Source of the DNA: Clostridium sp. CAG:524
GTDB taxonomy: Bacteria > Bacillota_I > Bacilli_A > RF39 > UBA660
DNA: 64,000 nucleotides
Reading direction: 5' to 3'
NCBI GenBank assembly: GCA_000434555.1
Contig: FR880110.1
Coordinates: 95,284-159,283 of the forward strand
The notes under the pieces were generated by a model. It did no database searches, was not told the DNA's origin, and was given only the letters and a program-made list of their open reading frames with translations. Every line of letters starts with the position of its first letter. Position 1 is the stretch's first letter. The position numbers and the translations under genes are program-made. Below are positions 63,948-64,000 of this stretch, in pieces.

Positions 63948-64000
63948 ATGAAAGATAAGAAAATATTATTTGGTACATTTATAGCATTACTTTTATTATT
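63948..64000 (+). CDS. 5' end of an ORF with signal/TM-like N-terminus (truncated by window end)
   Basis: GGAAGG RBS and MKDKKILFGTFIALLLL... running to the window edge. Confidence 0.4.
   Translation, partial: MKDKKILFGTFIALLLL

Noticed and set aside
1-64000. I searched for CRISPR arrays, rRNA genes, IS elements or transposases, integrases and prophage structural genes.
   Set aside because: No regularly spaced direct repeats, no rRNA-like conserved stretches, and no DDE, tyrosine or serine recombinase motifs were seen in any long ORF. The only repeats found are the coding repeats and the inverted pair reported above.

Overview
This is a 64-kb chromosomal segment from a very AT-rich low-GC Firmicute (about 25-30% GC by eye, not computed). 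TGA is used as a stop codon, so genetic code 11 applies. spoVAC-spoVAD-spoVAEB, YjcZ-like tiny peptides and the rlmN-stp-prkC-rsgA-rpe block indicate an endospore former. All calls come from reading motifs in the translations and DNA; no database search was possible.

Most of the window is housekeeping: asnS(partial)-aspS-gatCAB, T-box-controlled alaS-like and leuS genes, serS, pssA-psd, murT-gatD, scpAB, recX, prsA and two tRNAs (Glu-CUC, Leu-CAA).

The items most worth follow-up:
1. The LeuRS carries an inserted ~148-aa module with a perfect Nudix box.
2. An unannotated pair of double-glycine-leader peptides (class IIb-like bacteriocin) sits directly behind a C39-peptidase ABC exporter.
3. 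A type-I-toxin-like 22-codon hydrophobic ORF is flanked by 5'/3' complementary arms.
4. A T-box(Ala)-regulated AlaRS lacks the C-Ala domain.
5. The GatD homolog appears to lack its nucleophile cysteine.
6. A 402-aa tandem ThyX-like protein lies in an orphan-gene island next to tRNA-Leu.
7. An orphan ClpC-D1-like AAA+ protein has a PDZ-like segment.
8. A Y-family polymerase has an SOS-box-like palindrome inside its promoter.

No rRNA, CRISPR array, transposase or integrase was seen.
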